A stretch of DNA of 63,972 nucleotides, counting the filler, from Reticulomyxa filosa (Eukaryota; Protista; Foraminifera): the NCBI GenBank assembly GCA_000512085.1. It is 14 parts of 14 records of this genome, joined end to end, with 100 filler letters (N's around TTAATTAATTAA, not from the genome) between each part and the next. Parts side by side here need not be neighbours in the genome. Positions count along the whole stretch, not along the records: positions 62,502 to 63,972 come from ASPP01025805.1; 13 more parts are not named here. One strand, 5' to 3'. Positions within the stretch are counted from its first letter, which is position 1; the number at the start of each line of letters is the position of its first letter. The translations under genes were made by a program, and so were the position numbers. The notes below the pieces were generated by a model. That model was not told the DNA's origin, searched no databases, and saw only the letters and a list, made by a program, of their open reading frames with translations. This document shows, one piece after another, positions 62,402 to 63,972 of the stretch.

Positions 62402-63972
62402 NNNNNNNNNNNNNNNNNNNNNNNNNNNNNNNNNNNNNNNNNNNNTTAATTAATTAANNNNNNNNNNNNNNNNNNNNNNNNNNNNNNNNNNNNNNNNNNN
62501 NTCCGCATATATTTCGTTTTGAAGAATGTAGCCAAACAATTTTTTCTTTTTTTCTTTGTTTTTTGAAATGTTAAAAATTTGGAGCTAAGAAAATATCACC
62601 TAAAAAAAAAGTCGTCGAAGATGGTTGGATTGAAATTGAAATTTTGGGTTCCGGCGTGATTTTGGTTGCAGTTTCCAGTATTATTTTGATTGGTGATAAT
62701 TGTTGATAGCGTGTTCCTGCATTAATATAGACGGAGCCAAGTCAGCCGTCGGCGCACTACAGCGCTTACCACAGCTGCGATATTATCGCAACAGGTACTT
62801 GCGACATTGGTGTTTGCAGCAAATCAAAGCCACATCAAAGTTTTGCATTAAATGCACCAGTTTTTGCAATGATATTCCTTGAATATGATGGACATATCGC
62901 GCAATCTCTTTCGTGATATGCGTAAATACACAAATCATCTCCCAAGTCCCCCGTGGTGATCCTCAACCATACAGCGCATTCTCCTGGCTCGGGTACTTAA
63001 TCCCTTTTCTATTACATTGCAAACAAACAGGGATTGATAAACATCCAGCACAAATGTGTGATACACAAAATATATGAATGTGAATATTGAGAAAAGAATA
63101 TGAAGATGAGTTTGTTTGTAAAGATATGTTCGTTATACTTTTGATATTAATAATAACAATGACGCATACATTGCTAAAACTAAGCGTATGCATAACATAC
63201 ATATAATAAAACCATATTTGAGAATGTGAATAACGTGTAACGAGATTAGTTGAAGGACAGATTGCCAGATTCGTTTATACGTTGTCTTTCACATATTTCG
63301 CTCTCGACTGCTTTAACCGCCTCTTTTTTATTTGTTTGTTTTTAACATACATTACAAATCACGCATTGATTCAACTTTTTTTTCCACACACATAAATAAT
63401 TGTTTATATTTCATTCATCGTCCTTTTTTTCATTATATCTTTAATTTAAAAAATTACAAAAAGCATTGACTATGTTTTAGTCTACCTTTTCTTTTTAAAT
63501 TAAAAAAGTTAGTGTTTTTTCATCGTGTGAATACCTGCGGATTTGATCAGTGTATATACTGACCATAAAATATAATACGACAAAACGAACATTGTAATAG
63601 GATTCATGATTTGAGCGTAGACTTCCAGATAAGATATACACGATGAATCTTTGGTCATGTTCTTTTGGTCGCAAACTAGTAGCAATCAAATAAGCATTCA
63701 AATTTCAAAGTTAATAAATTGGGCATGCAATAAAATGGGGTTTGCGTAGCAGTTATTGAACTGAATTTCCTAGTTTCCGTTTTACAGTCGACAGGATTAC
63801 ATCCGCAAAAGGTTAATTTTTAAGAAATAAAAAGAAAACTTAATGAAAGCAGTTTTTTATTCAAACTTTTAAAATAAGAGTTATTTAATGAAAGATAGCA
63901 ACTCACAATTTAAATAATATACAAAGATGACAGAAAAAATAACAATTGTGCATGCACAAGCAAAAAAAAAAA

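Noticed and set aside
13194-62501. Regularly recurring palindromic TTAATTAATTAA as a repeat array or recombination site
   Set aside because: It is always centred in exactly 100 nt with N padding, so it is an artificial six-frame-stop linker.
62502-63570. Cys-rich RING-like gene on the minus strand
   Set aside because: There are stops in all frames and no consistent splice model; it may be a decayed gene but cannot be supported.
1-63972. RdRP, FMRP-like, RNF213-like, ATG8 and caspase-like genes as a clustered defence island
   Set aside because: They lie on different contigs that were concatenated artificially; no physical linkage can be claimed.
1-63972. tRNA, rRNA, CRISPR arrays, transposases
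   Set aside because: None was recognised by eye; a covariance-model or HMM scan would be needed to exclude them.

Overview
This window is not one continuous locus. It consists of 14 short contigs joined by 13 artificial 100-nt spacers (N44-TTAATTAATTAA-N44), so adjacency across spacers means nothing. Thirteen contigs are AT-rich, intron-rich eukaryotic DNA. Their gene families (Kelch + caspase-like, Cys-rich/TRAF-like + WD40, TM-RGS) suggest a foraminiferan such as Reticulomyxa; this is an inference. One contig (37426-39590) is GC-rich, intron-free bacterial DNA carrying SCO, ycgR and hisG. Recognisable eukaryotic genes are: an RPEL-repeat protein, a CLASP/TOG-like protein, a cellular RNA-dependent RNA polymerase with an N-terminal CCCH finger, a putatively myristoylated globin, ATG8, a Rho-family GTPase, a giant uncharacterised protein, a secreted beta-helix-like protein, an FMR1/FXR-like Agenet-KH protein, an RNF213-like AAA+ ATPase, a tetraspanin and a CAP-Gly protein. 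The strongest leads are (i) the FMRP-like gene in a non-animal genome, (ii) an unannotated ~250-nt four-way-junction RNA candidate at 30217-30461, (iii) the CCCH-RdRP, (iv) the acylated TyrB10/GlnE7 globin, and (v) introns with degenerate donors and A-rich acceptors. Exon boundaries were read by eye, many genes are cut by contig ends, and several contain single-base homopolymer frameshifts that look like sequencing errors.
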